This document shows, piece by piece, positions 11,076 to 22,109 of a stretch of DNA of 64,000 nt. The translations under genes were made by a program, and so were the position numbers. The stretch covers positions 83,692-147,691 of the forward strand of contig CAWDSQ010000013.1 of the NCBI GenBank assembly GCA_963804955.1. Reading direction: 5' to 3'. This stretch comes from an uncultured delta proteobacterium. GTDB taxonomy: Bacteria; Desulfobacterota; WTBG01; CAIYCZ01; CAIRTM01. Below the pieces are notes generated by a model. The model had not been told where the DNA came from and ran no database searches. It saw only the letters and a program-made list of their open reading frames with translations. Position 1 is the first letter of the stretch, and every line of letters begins with the position of its first letter.

Positions 11076-12122
11076 TTATATATAACTCAATACTGTTTGA
11101 GCTATTTTGTCAAGCGGAACAAAGCTTTCAGCACCGCCCCGGTCATAGGCGCTCTTGGGCATGCCGAATACAATGCAGCTCTTCTCATCCTGTGCGATGG
11201 TGCGGGCGCCCGCTTGTCGCATGGCAAACATGCCATCGGCTCCGTCGCGGCCCATGCCGGTGAGCATGACCCCGACCGCATTTGCACCCGCATGCTCGGC
11301 TACCGACAGCATCATAACGTCTACCGAGGGGCAATGGCCGTTTATTCTTTCTCCGGCCATGCAATCGACATAGTAAAAGCCTCCTGTTCGCCTCACGGTA
11401 AGGTGATAGTCGCCAGGGGCTATAAGAATTCTGCCGGGCATAATCCTGTCGCCGCTCTCAGCTTCCTTCACCTCCATGAGGCACTGCGTATTCAAGCGCT
11501 CGGCAAATGCCCGGGTAAACCCTGCCGGCATGTGCTGAACAATAACTACACCCGGTGCTATGGCGGGAAAGCGCTCGATCACCATCCGTATCGCCTCTGT
11601 GCCGCCAGTGGAAGCGCCGATAGCAATAACCTTATCGGTTGACTCGGCAAGAGATTTTCTCATATCGATGATCTGCGGCTTTTCATCAAGGCGTTTTACT
11701 TTCCAGTGGCTCACATTGGCTGTGGATGCTATCTTCACCTTGGTCCGCAGTTCCATCATCATATCGCCCAGGCCCCTGGCTATATTCGCAGACGGCTTCG
11801 GAACAACATCAACGGCTCCGGCCTCAAGGGCTTCAATGGTGATCTGTTTGCCCTTCTGCGTCAGCGCGCTGACCATGACGACAGGCAGCGGGTACTGGGG
11901 CATAAAACGTCTCAAAAAATCAACTCCGTCCATCCTGGGCATTTCCACATCAAGGGTAAGCACGTCCGGACGGTGCTTGATAATCATATCGCGGGCGACA
12001 TACGGATCGGATGCAGCGCCGACGACTTCGATGCCGGGATCCTGCGATAGTCCCTGAGAAAGGATGTTACGGACAAGGGCCGAATCATCAACGACAAGGA
12101 CACGTATTTTTTTTTTGATCAT
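11076..12122 (-). CDS. cheB: Chemotaxis methylesterase CheB
   Basis: REC domain plus IGASTGG, VQHMP, PSVD, LTGMGRDG. Confidence 0.96.
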   Translation of the reverse strand: MIKKKIRVLVVDDSALVRNILSQGLSQDPGIEVVGAASDPYVARDMIIKHRPDVLTLDVEMPRMDGVDFLRRFMPQYPLPVVMVSALTQKGKQITIEALEAGAVDVVPKPSANIARGLGDMMMELRTKVKIASTANVSHWKVKRLDEKPQIIDMRKSLAESTDKVIAIGASTGGTEAIRMVIERFPAIAPGVVIVQHMPAGFTRAFAERLNTQCLMEVKEAESGDRIMPGRILIAPGDYHLTVRRTGGFYYVDCMAGERINGHCPSVDVMMLSVAEHAGANAVGVMLTGMGRDGADGMFAMRQAGARTIAQDEKSCIVFGMPKSAYDRGGAESFVPLDKIAQTVLSYI

Positions 12123-12178
12123 CTCCGCCCCGTCAATTAAACCTCTACCGTACTGCTCTCAGGTATGTAACAAGCCTC

Positions 12179-13070
12179 TCACTGCCCGCGCTTCCGGTAG
12201 ACCGCGGGCATGATATATTCAAACAAGCTCTGCTCCCTGCCCAGTGATTCCGAATGCCCGATAAAGAAAAATCCGCCGGGCGCCAAACTGGCATGAAATC
12301 TTTCGATAAGTCCGGCGCGCGTCGCCTGGTCGAAATAGATCATGACATTTCTGCAAAATATGACGTGAAACAACTTTTTAAAGGGAAAGGTCTTGTTCAT
12401 AAAGTTAAAGCGGCGAAATGTGACCTCTTTTTTTATTGCAGCAGACACTTCCCATGTGTCATCCTGTTTTTTTTTGAAATACTGTCGAGCATACGCAGGA
12501 GTGTTTCTGACATTTTCATGAGGATATATCCCGGCAGCAGCCTTAGTTGAGTGCTTTTGTCGATATATCGGTAGCCAGCACACCGGCATCCCACAGGTTA
12601 TACTCCGCACGAAAATATTCCATCATCTCTATGACAATCGTATACGCTTCCTCGCCGGACGAGCACCCGGCGCACCACACCCTGAAATCCCTTCTCTGCT
12701 CACGCTGGAGCCGTGCTTTCATTTCAGGCAGAACCGTATCTCTAAAATAGACAAAATGTGCCCCTTCACGGTAAAAAAAAGTGTGGTTGGTTGAAATCTG
12801 GTTTATGAGCGCGTCCAGGGCCGATCCGCTTTTATCCTGAACGATGTACTCATAAAATTGCATGAATGAATCAAATCCAAGCTGACGAAGCGTTTTTTGA
12901 AGCCGGCCCACGACAAGTGCTCGTTTGGCGTCGGTCAGATTAATGCCGAAACGATCATACACCAGTGAGCGGATCAGATTGAATTCTTCATCAGTCAGCT
13001 GCATCATCCTGAATCCAAAATCCTCAGGAATACTGATTGCGGGCAGCTGCATTTTTGACTTCAACGACAT
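12179..13070 (-). CDS. cheR: Chemotaxis methyltransferase CheR (frameshift near 12545)
   Basis: STNHTFFYRE, WCAGCSSGEEAY, ATDIS, then IFCRNVMIYFD and IGHSES in the second ORF. Confidence 0.93.
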
Positions 13071-13193
13071 ACTAAAAGGATTTCCTATTTCAGGTTTGAG
13101 AAGAACTGTTTAGTTGTTATTCTCTTTTATATGTATCACGAAGCAGTAGTACTTGCCAAACCTCCTGCCGTCAGGATGGTAACCTGCTCGAAA

Positions 13194-15065
13194 TTATGCC
13201 CCGTAGGTCGTCCCGCCCCAGGGCACGCCTGTCCTTACTTTTCCTGCGGCTTCAGTTTCTTTCTTCCCTGTTTGCAGCATCCTCTGCCCCTCGCCCTGAA
13301 CAGGCTGCGATGCAAACCTGTCTATCATCACCAACTCGTCAACCTTAAAGGTCGACACCAACCCTTGAAGAGCCTGGGCCTGGCCGGTCAACTCCTGTGC
13401 CGCAGACGCGCTTTGCTCGGCAAGGGACGTGTTCTGCTGCGTCACCTGGTCCACATGACCAAGCCCCTTTGTGATTTGCAGTACTCCCTGCGCCTGCTCA
13501 TTTGACGCTGCTGCGATCTCTGCCACAAGATCGGTCACTTTCCCTGCCGCGCCTACTATCTCCTGCAGCGCCTCGGCTGTCCGGCCCGCCATCAAAGTCC
13601 CCTCCTCTATCTTCTTTACCGCCCCTTCTATCATTCCCTCCGTCTCTTTTGCCGCTTTTGCGCTCCGGGCTGCAAGATTTCTTACCTCTTCGGCTACGAC
13701 CGCAAATCCCTTGCCATGCCTGCCTGCACGGGCCGCCTCAACCGCCGCATTCAACGCCAGAAGATTGGTCTGAAAGGCTATCTCATCGATGATTTTTATT
13801 ATCTTTGATATATTCCTGCTGGCTGCGCTGATTTCATTCATCGCAACAACCATATCCTGCGTCTGCACATCCCCCTTCTCCGCCGACTGCCGCGACTCCC
13901 CCGCCAGCCTGCTCGCCAGCGTTGCATTCTCCGAATTCTGCCGGGTCTGCGAGGCGATCTCATTCATGGAGCTTGATATCTCCTCAAGCGAACTTGCCTG
14001 CTCGGTTGCACCCTGGCTCATGGCCTGGCTTGACGCGCTCAGCTGTTCGGCTCCAGACAGAACGCTCTGCGCGGATATGTTTATTTCCACTATTATTGAT
14101 GAAAGCTTTTCAACCATCCGCTTCAGGGCATGCCCCAGCGTATCCCTGTCCGACAGCGCGGCAACATGCACCGTCAAATCTCCCCCTGCTATCTTTTCTG
14201 CTGCCTGGGCAAGTTCCCGCATGTTGCCCGCCATTTTGTTCATTGCCCCCGCCAGCATCCCGATTTCGTCCTGCTGCTCAACTGCCAGATTGCCAGTTAA
14301 ATCACCTTCGGCAACCTGTTTTGTGAAAAAAACCGCTTTATCCAAAGGCCTGGTGACCGCGCGGTTCATGAACCAGTAAAGAGCAAGGGCGCACAGCGAC
14401 AACACGATAATCAATCCATAGACAACCTGTCGAGCCTTAGCTCGCTCTTTTAAGAGGGCTTTCTCAAAAGGCACATAAACATTGATCGTTCCGAGAGTGA
14501 TGTTTTGCTTCAGATCGCTGTCCATCCCTTTGCGCAATGACTGGTGGCATGCAGCACATCCCGGGTGAGCCTGGCTGGGCAGCGGCACGGCAACGCGCAG
14601 ATAGCCGTCTTGCTCAATTTCCACACGATTCGCGCCCTGCCTGATAGCCTGAGCGGCTTGGCGCTCAAAGGGTGTGTTGATCCCGCTTTTATCTTTATTG
14701 CCCAGTGGCTCTATGCCGAAAATGTCGGCATCGCCGATAAGGCGGACTCGCACCGCATCATTGCCAAAATCCTCCGTCACGGCATCAGCAAGTGCTGATT
14801 TCATGCGGCTCCAGTCTTCTATCCCCAGTTGTGCGTCTATCCTGCCTGCCTCACGCGCTTTTAGAAAATCATCATGAAATTTCCTGGTCGAGACCATGAA
14901 CATTGCGATCGTGCGGTCTATGTGCTTTTGCGCCTCCATCAGAGCTGCATCCTTCACAAGGCCCGTGGTTGTTTGCAGCTGCAAAAATGAGTAGCCCGTT
15001 CCGCCCACACCGACAACTGCGAAAAGAATGATAATTATTTTTGTCTTCAGCGACCAGTTTTTCAT
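13194..15065 (-). CDS. Methyl-accepting chemotaxis protein with periplasmic c-type heme sensor
   Basis: Two TM helices, periplasmic CAACH motif (14544-14558), [24 protein letters not shown]. Confidence 0.92.
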   Translation of the reverse strand: MKNWSLKTKIIIILFAVVGVGGTGYSFLQLQTTTGLVKDAALMEAQKHIDRTIAMFMVSTRKFHDDFLKAREAGRIDAQLGIEDWSRMKSALADAVTEDFGNDAVRVRLIGDADIFGIEPLGNKDKSGINTPFERQAAQAIRQGANRVEIEQDGYLRVAVPLPSQAHPGCAACHQSLRKGMDSDLKQNITLGTINVYVPFEKALLKERAKARQVVYGLIIVLSLCALALYWFMNRAVTRPLDKAVFFTKQVAEGDLTGNLAVEQQDEIGMLAGAMNKMAGNMRELAQAAEKIAGGDLTVHVAALSDRDTLGHALKRMVEKLSSIIVEINISAQSVLSGAEQLSASSQAMSQGATEQASSLEEISSSMNEIASQTRQNSENATLASRLAGESRQSAEKGDVQTQDMVVAMNEISAASRNISKIIKIIDEIAFQTNLLALNAAVEAARAGRHGKGFAVVAEEVRNLAARSAKAAKETEGMIEGAVKKIEEGTLMAGRTAEALQEIVGAAGKVTDLVAEIAAASNEQAQGVLQITKGLGHVDQVTQQNTSLAEQSASAAQELTGQAQALQGLVSTFKVDELVMIDRFASQPVQGEGQRMLQTGKKETEAAGKVRTGVPWGGTTYGA

Positions 15066-15242
15066 TCATCCTCCGGTAATGCTTTATGAAAATAAGTTTA
15101 TTTTATGTGTGTTAAATGGGCTTCAACAAAAAATTGCATCTTTGCAATATGCACTGCGGATATTTCAATACAGGATAATCGTGTATAGAAAACAGGTTTC
15201 TGCACTAAATAAAGAGTTTAACCTTATTTAAAGGCTGCATTT

Positions 15243-16496
15243 TTAAAATACAAACTCCAGCCTTCCTCCTACGGCAACGGCATTTCGTTTGCCGTCTCCG
15301 CCCGGATTGGTGATGTACTGCACGTCGGGCTGAAGGGCCATCCAGCCAGTTAGCTGTGCCTTATAAAAAAGTTCAATGGCGGTCTCGGTATGGTCGGTAA
15401 ATCCTGCCTGGTCGCTGAAATAGATATTGAAAACGCCAAGGCCCATTATATCGTCATCACGTGCCGGTATGGCTCCGGCCCAGCGCAACCCGCCGCCGGC
15501 AAAATCCTCAATCTCAGAGCGGTCTTTGGCTGCCCAGCCGTACTCGGCAAAAACGCCGATCCCCTGGCTGCAGTTTTCTGTGTCGGGGTTCTCCTTCCAC
15601 AGCAGCTGCTGCCAGAATCCGTAAAAACCATATGCCTTGCCATGATATTCATGGCTGGAGGGATTATTGTGATAGGCGTCGAACCGCCGTCCGCTCCACC
15701 AGGTTCCCACATTCACGATACCCGGCAACCCGTCAAGATTGTATTTAAACGATGGCTCAACGATCAGCATAGGCCCCCGAAGATCATCGAGCGTATTGCC
15801 GACAGAACGGCTGCCATCAATTTTACCCTGGTAAATGCCGAAGTTGCAGCTAAACCAGTCTGCAGGCTGCACGCCGATGACTGCGCCCCAATCTTGATTG
15901 GGATATGATGGTATGGGGATTGTGGGATTGAGGGCTGCAGATGAGTTGATAAACTCCATGGAATACTCGATATAATTGAAATCGTAATTTGCTTCCATCT
16001 TGCCGATCTTGATCCAGAGCTTTTCGTCAAAAAAGGTATGCTTGTACCAGAACTCTGAAACCTGGTTGCGCCTTTCATAACTTGCTATCCATGATAGCCA
16101 TTGCCAGTCGCCCGTTTGCGTATTCGAAGGGTTACGTCCCGAAATGTGCTCCAGGCCCAAAAAGAAGGTGCCGTTTTCCCAGAGGCCTGCTTGTGCCGTG
16201 TCCAGTTCCAAATAGAGGCCGAATAGCCGGGGATACTCACCTGAGTTATGAGTATTAATGCCGCCGCGTGTGTTCCAGAACATGTCCTGCAAATAGAGAA
16301 TCTCAAATGAAAGTCCATATTTTTCCTCCAGCGTGGAATGCAGGCTCCAGAGATTGTCAGAAAAATGATCGCAGGTGGTAAACTTTTCATGATCCGGCAG
16401 GCGAAGCCCTGATTCACCGGCAAGGGATATTGAACTGAACAAGCACAGTACGGATGTTATCAAAAACATTGGACTTTTTCGCATCATGACTCTCAC
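15243..16496 (-). CDS. OprB-family (carbohydrate-selective) porin
   Basis: Signal peptide, IKIGK, ELFYKAQLT, LQPDVQYITNPGG, C-terminal aromatic residue (LEFVF). Confidence 0.85.
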   Translation of the reverse strand: MRVMMRKSPMFLITSVLCLFSSISLAGESGLRLPDHEKFTTCDHFSDNLWSLHSTLEEKYGLSFEILYLQDMFWNTRGGINTHNSGEYPRLFGLYLELDTAQAGLWENGTFFLGLEHISGRNPSNTQTGDWQWLSWIASYERRNQVSEFWYKHTFFDEKLWIKIGKMEANYDFNYIEYSMEFINSSAALNPTIPIPSYPNQDWGAVIGVQPADWFSCNFGIYQGKIDGSRSVGNTLDDLRGPMLIVEPSFKYNLDGLPGIVNVGTWWSGRRFDAYHNNPSSHEYHGKAYGFYGFWQQLLWKENPDTENCSQGIGVFAEYGWAAKDRSEIEDFAGGGLRWAGAIPARDDDIMGLGVFNIYFSDQAGFTDHTETAIELFYKAQLTGWMALQPDVQYITNPGGDGKRNAVAVGGRLEFVF

Positions 16497-16592
16497 TCCT
16501 GATTAATATGTCTCTGTGGTTCACCAAATGCATCTTCATACTCACCTGACGGCAAATGAAGGACGGTACGAAGCGGGTATGACATTTCAATA

Positions 16593-17114
16593 TCAATATC
16601 CGGCAGCCGACTGCATGGCCGCCATATCCTCATTGCGCACCAGCCTCTCAACATCCAGAAGTATCTTTACTTCCTCACCAATCTTGCCCAAACCCTTGAT
16701 ATAGCGCTGCGTGCTGCTCTCGGCAACTTCAGGCGGCAGCTCGATTTGATTCTCGGGAATATCGACAACCTCTTTCACCGTATCCACGACCAGTCCCACA
16801 GGCGTTCCGTTTACGTTCACCACCACGGTGCATGTTCTATCATCATACTCCCGTTCCGGCATCCTGAACCGCAGCCGCACGTCAATAACCGGTATTACCT
16901 TGCCCCGAAGATTAATAACGCCCTTTATATATGGGGGCATATCGGGCACATCGGTTATCTTCTGAATGCCGATAATTTCGGTGACATGAGAGATTTCTAT
17001 GCCGTAGTCCTCTGTGCCGACAGTAAACGTGAGGTACTTGTCCTTCTGCGTATCCTCATCGTCATCATCATAAAAATCATCCTCTATTCTTTCCCTGCCT
17101 TTTTGCTCTGCCAT
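16593..17114 (-). CDS. cheW: Chemotaxis coupling protein CheW
   Basis: KYLTF, VTEIIG, GVINLRGKVIPVIDVR, GLVVD. Confidence 0.95.
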   Translation of the reverse strand: MAEQKGRERIEDDFYDDDDEDTQKDKYLTFTVGTEDYGIEISHVTEIIGIQKITDVPDMPPYIKGVINLRGKVIPVIDVRLRFRMPEREYDDRTCTVVVNVNGTPVGLVVDTVKEVVDIPENQIELPPEVAESSTQRYIKGLGKIGEEVKILLDVERLVRNEDMAAMQSAAGY

Positions 17115-17208
17115 AATGATAATCCCTTCTCTCTAGCACTATTTTCGATTCATCATATGTACTGCCTGGAAAGTACCGGCTATTGCCGGCAGACAACCTG
17201 CCGTCTGC

Positions 17209-19455
17209 CTAGTATTTCCCGAATTCCCGGTCATCAAGATGTATCACCGGCTCGGGCTCATCGATTCCCGCCGTCATGCCTCCCCAGGGTGCTCCCTGCT
17301 TTGCATCGCCGGCAACCATTGCCTCTCCCCTGCCCAGCATCAGCTGACTGTCACCAGCCGACTGCCTTGTCTCAGCCATGCTGTCAGCGGCATGTTCTTC
17401 GATTGTAAAGGTTGCCACCAGCTGCTGCAGCAGCTGCGCCTGGCTCGACAGCTCCTCTGCCGCCGACGCGCTTTCTTCGGCATGGGCGGTATTCTGCTGC
17501 GTTACCTGATCCACCTGACCAAGTCCCTGCGTTATCTGACTCACGCCCTGCGCCTGCTCATTGGACGCTGCGGCAATCTCACCAACAAGTCCCGTCATTT
17601 TCCCCGCCGCTGCTACAATCTCACTCAGCGCCTCGGCCGTCTTGTCAGCCATCTGCGTCCCGTCACCAACTTTCTTCACCGAGCCTTCGATCAGCTCTGC
17701 CGTCTCCCGGGCTGCCTTGGCGCTGCGGGCTGCCAGATTTCTTACCTCTTCGGCAACCACTGCAAACCCCTTGCCATACTTGCCTGCCCGTGCAGCCTCA
17801 ACCGCCGCGTTCAGCGCCAGTAAATTGGTTTGAAAGGCGATTTCATCAATAACCTTGATGATCCTTGAAATGCTCCGGCTCGACTCGTTTATTTCACGCA
17901 TGGCGACAACCATCCGGCTCATCCTCTCATTGCCCCGCTCGGCAAGCATTTTTGCCTCACCCGCCAGCATATTTGCCTGCCTGGCATTCTCCGCTGTATG
18001 CCTGGTCTGCGCGGCTATCTCATTCATCGAGCTTGATATCTCCTCAAGCGAGCTTGCCTGCTCGGTTGCACCCTGGCTCATGGCCTGACTGGTGGAACTC
18101 ATCTGATGAGCACCTGCCGCAACATTGTTTGCCGCTGTACTAATTTCAGTCATGGTATAGGCAAGCGTTTCAACCATGGCCTTCATAGAATGCCCGAAAG
18201 CGTCTTTATCGGAAAGCGGCTCTACGTTTACCGTCAAATCGCCTATGGCTATCTTCCTTGCAACCTCTACAAGCCCCTTCAAATTCTCAACCATCTTTCC
18301 CATTGCCTCGGCAAGCACCCCTATTTCATCGTGCTGGTCAATGTCGACAGTTTTCTCCACGTCGCCTTCCGCCACGGCATTTGCAAGCTCAACGCTTGCA
18401 CGAATCGGCCCTGTTATCATACGCGTCAGAAAAAGGCCTATGCCAATCGCCAAAAGCGTTCCCAGGATCATCAAAAATACTTCTGCAGTGACTGTCGCAG
18501 ATACTTCCTTCTTCACCCTGCTGCTTATCTTTTTAGCGGCATCATCATTTATTTTGATTAGCCTCTCGATCAATGCATTGACGGCCTCCTGTTTTTCCCG
18601 ACACTTCTCCAAAGCCTGAACATTCATATTTTTATACAAATTAACGGCCTTGCCGGCTTCATGTTCCATTTTTTCAAAAACTTCGAAGGTGACGTTCAGC
18701 GCGTCCGTCATTTCACTGAAATATGCCTTTTCAGCTCCTGCTTTATTCCCTTTTTCGAGCAGCTTTTTTACAGAGCCTATGCGGGTATGGAAAGTTTCAT
18801 GAAATTGCAGAATTCGTGTAATCAAATCCTCTAAAACCTTATTTTTACAGGTGCATGATGTAGCCCATTTAGTAAAAGCACAGGCCGCGGGATCATCACC
18901 GCCCTCCAGTGCGACATTATTATAAATCAGCTCCAGCACCTGCCCTGACAGCTTGTAATGATCCTTGCGGAATGCCTGCAATGTGAGCATGAATTCCACA
19001 GGATTTCGGAGATCGGTTGCGTCAAGCTGCCTGGCATAATCAATGAATATCGCATTCTGCTTATTCCACTCATCTACCGCATGCATCAGCTGTTTCAAAA
19101 GCATCGCCTCATCCTCTGTTTTTGGCAGGGGCTCATAGACTTTCCAGGCGGCCTTATAGCGCTCCTGTGCCTGCATGAAATTCTCAAACTGTTGTTTGTG
19201 GTCTTTATCTGACAAAAGAGGATTAAGAAGGGTATACTGTGTTGCCCTGATGTTTTCAAATTCACGATAAATACTGCGCAGGCTGTCAATACTCGGCAGG
19301 CGAACATCGGCAATTTCTTCCGCGCTCCTGCCCAGATTAAGGGCGCCAAGCCAGCCCATCATGCCGACTATAAGTGTTATGAAAGCAACAACAACAAAAC
19401 CTCCGGTTAGTTTGATGCCGAGTTTTACATTTTTAAGCATGTCATCACCTTGCAA
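17209..19455 (-). CDS. Methyl-accepting chemotaxis protein, 4HB sensor with inserted CZB-like domain and C-terminal pentapeptide EFGKY
   Basis: TM1, RLPS...YEPLP 4HB signature, DH...CAFTKW...HETFH, TM2, HAMP, signalling hairpin. Confidence 0.92.
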   Translation of the reverse strand: MQGDDMLKNVKLGIKLTGGFVVVAFITLIVGMMGWLGALNLGRSAEEIADVRLPSIDSLRSIYREFENIRATQYTLLNPLLSDKDHKQQFENFMQAQERYKAAWKVYEPLPKTEDEAMLLKQLMHAVDEWNKQNAIFIDYARQLDATDLRNPVEFMLTLQAFRKDHYKLSGQVLELIYNNVALEGGDDPAACAFTKWATSCTCKNKVLEDLITRILQFHETFHTRIGSVKKLLEKGNKAGAEKAYFSEMTDALNVTFEVFEKMEHEAGKAVNLYKNMNVQALEKCREKQEAVNALIERLIKINDDAAKKISSRVKKEVSATVTAEVFLMILGTLLAIGIGLFLTRMITGPIRASVELANAVAEGDVEKTVDIDQHDEIGVLAEAMGKMVENLKGLVEVARKIAIGDLTVNVEPLSDKDAFGHSMKAMVETLAYTMTEISTAANNVAAGAHQMSSTSQAMSQGATEQASSLEEISSSMNEIAAQTRHTAENARQANMLAGEAKMLAERGNERMSRMVVAMREINESSRSISRIIKVIDEIAFQTNLLALNAAVEAARAGKYGKGFAVVAEEVRNLAARSAKAARETAELIEGSVKKVGDGTQMADKTAEALSEIVAAAGKMTGLVGEIAAASNEQAQGVSQITQGLGQVDQVTQQNTAHAEESASAAEELSSQAQLLQQLVATFTIEEHAADSMAETRQSAGDSQLMLGRGEAMVAGDAKQGAPWGGMTAGIDEPEPVIHLDDREFGKY

Positions 19456-19530
19456 AAAACTGTTAAAAATTTTTTATCCGTTATTACTGCATTATTAAAA
19501 TAAAGGGCTGCCTCAAATCCATCGACGTGT

Positions 19531-19881
19531 TTAATATGGCACAGACTCAATCTTTTTTCCCCACGGTATGTGCGGTGCACCTACCGCTTCCTTTACTGCT
19601 GTATCGGTATTCTGCTGCGCGGGGTTAAGCATCATGCTGTGCTTATTGAAAATTTTACGGTACAGACTTGTATCTTCAAGCACCTTGAATGTTCTGACCA
19701 ACTCCTTCAAACACTGGGCCTGGCCGGTCAACTCCTGTGCCGCAGACGCGCTTTGCTCGGCAAGGGACGTGTTCTGCTGCGTCACCTGGCCCACATGACC
19801 AAGCCCCTTTGTGATTTGCTTTGCGCAAGGATACATGACATTCTGCACAACCCTGATGAATCTGGCTGGGCAGAGTATCAT
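19531..19881 (-). pseudogene. C-terminal remnant of a third MCP
   Basis: [35 protein letters not shown]. Bases 19714-19819 match 13374-13479 with one mismatch. No sensor or hairpin upstream. Confidence 0.8.
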
Positions 19882-22109
19882 CAGGCATGGATCTCGGCCT
19901 TTGCTTTCTTGATCAGACTGCCCACATCAAGTATCAGGCATACCTCACCGTCGCCCATGATGCAGCAGCCCGAAAGACCTTTCACAGCACCCATATAGTC
20001 GGGCAGCCCTTTAATAACCGTCTGTATCTGACCTATTAATTCATCCACAAACAGGCAAAGCTGCTCGCCCTGATTCTCAACAACGACCAGTATCCCCTCG
20101 TAGAGATTCTCTGTATCCGGCTGTATTGCATGCAGCCGGTAGAGCCGTGACACCTGCAGCAAAGCATCCCGAACCCGCACCACTTCTGTACCGTTGGGTA
20201 AAACCGTAATATGCTGCTCCTGAGGCCTGAACGATTCCGTAATGGCAAGAAGCGGGATGATGTATTTTGACTGCCCAACCCTGACCAGCATGCCCTCTAT
20301 GATCGCAAGCGTAAGAGGGATGCGGAGCATAAATGATGTGCCTTTGCCGGGCATGCTTTTGATATCCACACGCCCTTTTATCTTTTCAAGGTTTTTCTTG
20401 ACGACATCGAGCCCCACTCCGCGGCCGGACACGTCTGTAATCAGTTCAGCCGTTGTAAACCCCGGCTCAAATATCAGGCCGTATAAATCCTCATCTTTGA
20501 CGGCATCGGGATTTCCGCGCAGAAGTCCTCTTTCAAGGGACTTTTTGACTATCTTCTCGCGGTTCAACCCGCCGCCGTCATCGGATATAAAAATGATCAC
20601 ATCGCCCCCGTCATGGCGTGCTTCCAATATAATTCTGCCGGTTTCATCTTTGCCGAGTTCCTGGCGGCGGTCAGGCTTTTCCATGCCGTGGTCAATAGCA
20701 TTTCTGATGATATGCACCAGCGGATCGGAAATATGTTCAATAACGGTCTTGTCAACCTCGGTCTCCTCGCCTTTGAGTTCAAGCCGCACCTTTTTCGAAA
20801 ACTTTATAGCAAGGTCATGCACGAGGCGTATCATTTTACGAAATGTGCTGGTAAGGGGGACCATCCTGATGGCGAGAGCCACATCCTGAAGATCGGCGCT
20901 GATGCGCTCCAGGTGATGGCACGACTTTTCGAAATTTTCGAGTTCATACCCCTTGTCCCTCAGGTCGGGATTATGGATGACCATCATCTGGGCGATGACC
21001 ATCTCGCCCACCAAATCCATCAGCAGATCAAGCTTTTCAAGATCGACGCGAATATCGCGCCGAAAAATTTTTTGCAGGCCCGCTTTATCCTGTTCGGCAA
21101 AGGCGGCCTCTGCAGCTTCGTCAGGTGACGGCATATCATCCAGGAGTATCTCATCAAAGGTTTTTCCCTGGAGATTTAAAGCCCGGTCAACCTCGCTGGC
21201 CGATGCTATGCCGCGGGCTATCAAAATCTCACCCAGCTTCATCTTTTTTGACGAAATATCCAAAGACGGGGTCAGGTCACCCAGCAACTCAACCATAAGC
21301 TCGCAGCCCTTGATCACGCCGTTTCCGCCATGGGACACGTCGGCTACGGCGCTGCGAATGGAATCCATCGTACGCATGATAATGGAAATGTTCTGATCAG
21401 TGGCCGCAACCGCGCCGGACTTCATGCATTCCAGAACATTTTCAATACTGTGGCTCAGTCGCTCGAGGTCGGCCAAACCCATAAACCCGCAATTGCCCTT
21501 GAAGCTGTGTATGCTGCGAAATGCCGTATCAAGGCTCTCCTGCCTGTTGCCGGACCGGTCAAGCTCAAGCAGCGACTGCTCCACGGTGTCCAGCATCTCA
21601 TCGGATTCCTGTATGTAGTTCTGACGCATTTCGGGCGTAATGGTCATGCCAGGCTGCTGCGGAGCATCCGGTTCACAAGCTGCGGACGCCGGTTCGTCGA
21701 AAGCTGCTGCTGCAAGTTCATCGGAAAATGAATTGACCGGGTCTTCAAAACCGCGATCATGGCCCAGCTCTTCAATCGCCTGCAGCAGAGTGCGCAAAAA
21801 ATCACAGACGCGGCAGAGGAGATCGGTTCGGGCGGTCGTGAGCATGATCCTGCCGTCGCGTACTATGTTCAGCATCCCCTCAGCTTCATGGGTCAGCCTC
21901 GCCACATTGCGCAGATTGAGAAATCCGGCAGCACCCTTGAGCGAATGAAACAGGCGAAAAACCGAGTTGAGCTTATCAACATCGGCGCTGCCGCCCTCCT
22001 CGCAGGATTTATGCAGTTCGATAAGATCGGGTTCGAGATCATCCAGAAGCTCGTGACCGTCTGCCACAAATCCCTGCACCATTTCGCGATCTTCTTCAAA
22101 TTGAGTCAT
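19881..22109 (-). CDS. cheA: Chemotaxis histidine kinase CheA with two Hpt domains
   Basis: FRLFHSLKG and FRSIHSFKG, IRVDLEKLD, HIIRNAIDHG, SDDGGG, SGRGVGLDVV, C-terminal CheW domain. Confidence 0.96.
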   Translation of the reverse strand: MTQFEEDREMVQGFVADGHELLDDLEPDLIELHKSCEEGGSADVDKLNSVFRLFHSLKGAAGFLNLRNVARLTHEAEGMLNIVRDGRIMLTTARTDLLCRVCDFLRTLLQAIEELGHDRGFEDPVNSFSDELAAAAFDEPASAACEPDAPQQPGMTITPEMRQNYIQESDEMLDTVEQSLLELDRSGNRQESLDTAFRSIHSFKGNCGFMGLADLERLSHSIENVLECMKSGAVAATDQNISIIMRTMDSIRSAVADVSHGGNGVIKGCELMVELLGDLTPSLDISSKKMKLGEILIARGIASASEVDRALNLQGKTFDEILLDDMPSPDEAAEAAFAEQDKAGLQKIFRRDIRVDLEKLDLLMDLVGEMVIAQMMVIHNPDLRDKGYELENFEKSCHHLERISADLQDVALAIRMVPLTSTFRKMIRLVHDLAIKFSKKVRLELKGEETEVDKTVIEHISDPLVHIIRNAIDHGMEKPDRRQELGKDETGRIILEARHDGGDVIIFISDDGGGLNREKIVKKSLERGLLRGNPDAVKDEDLYGLIFEPGFTTAELITDVSGRGVGLDVVKKNLEKIKGRVDIKSMPGKGTSFMLRIPLTLAIIEGMLVRVGQSKYIIPLLAITESFRPQEQHITVLPNGTEVVRVRDALLQVSRLYRLHAIQPDTENLYEGILVVVENQGEQLCLFVDELIGQIQTVIKGLPDYMGAVKGLSGCCIMGDGEVCLILDVGSLIKKAKAEIHA

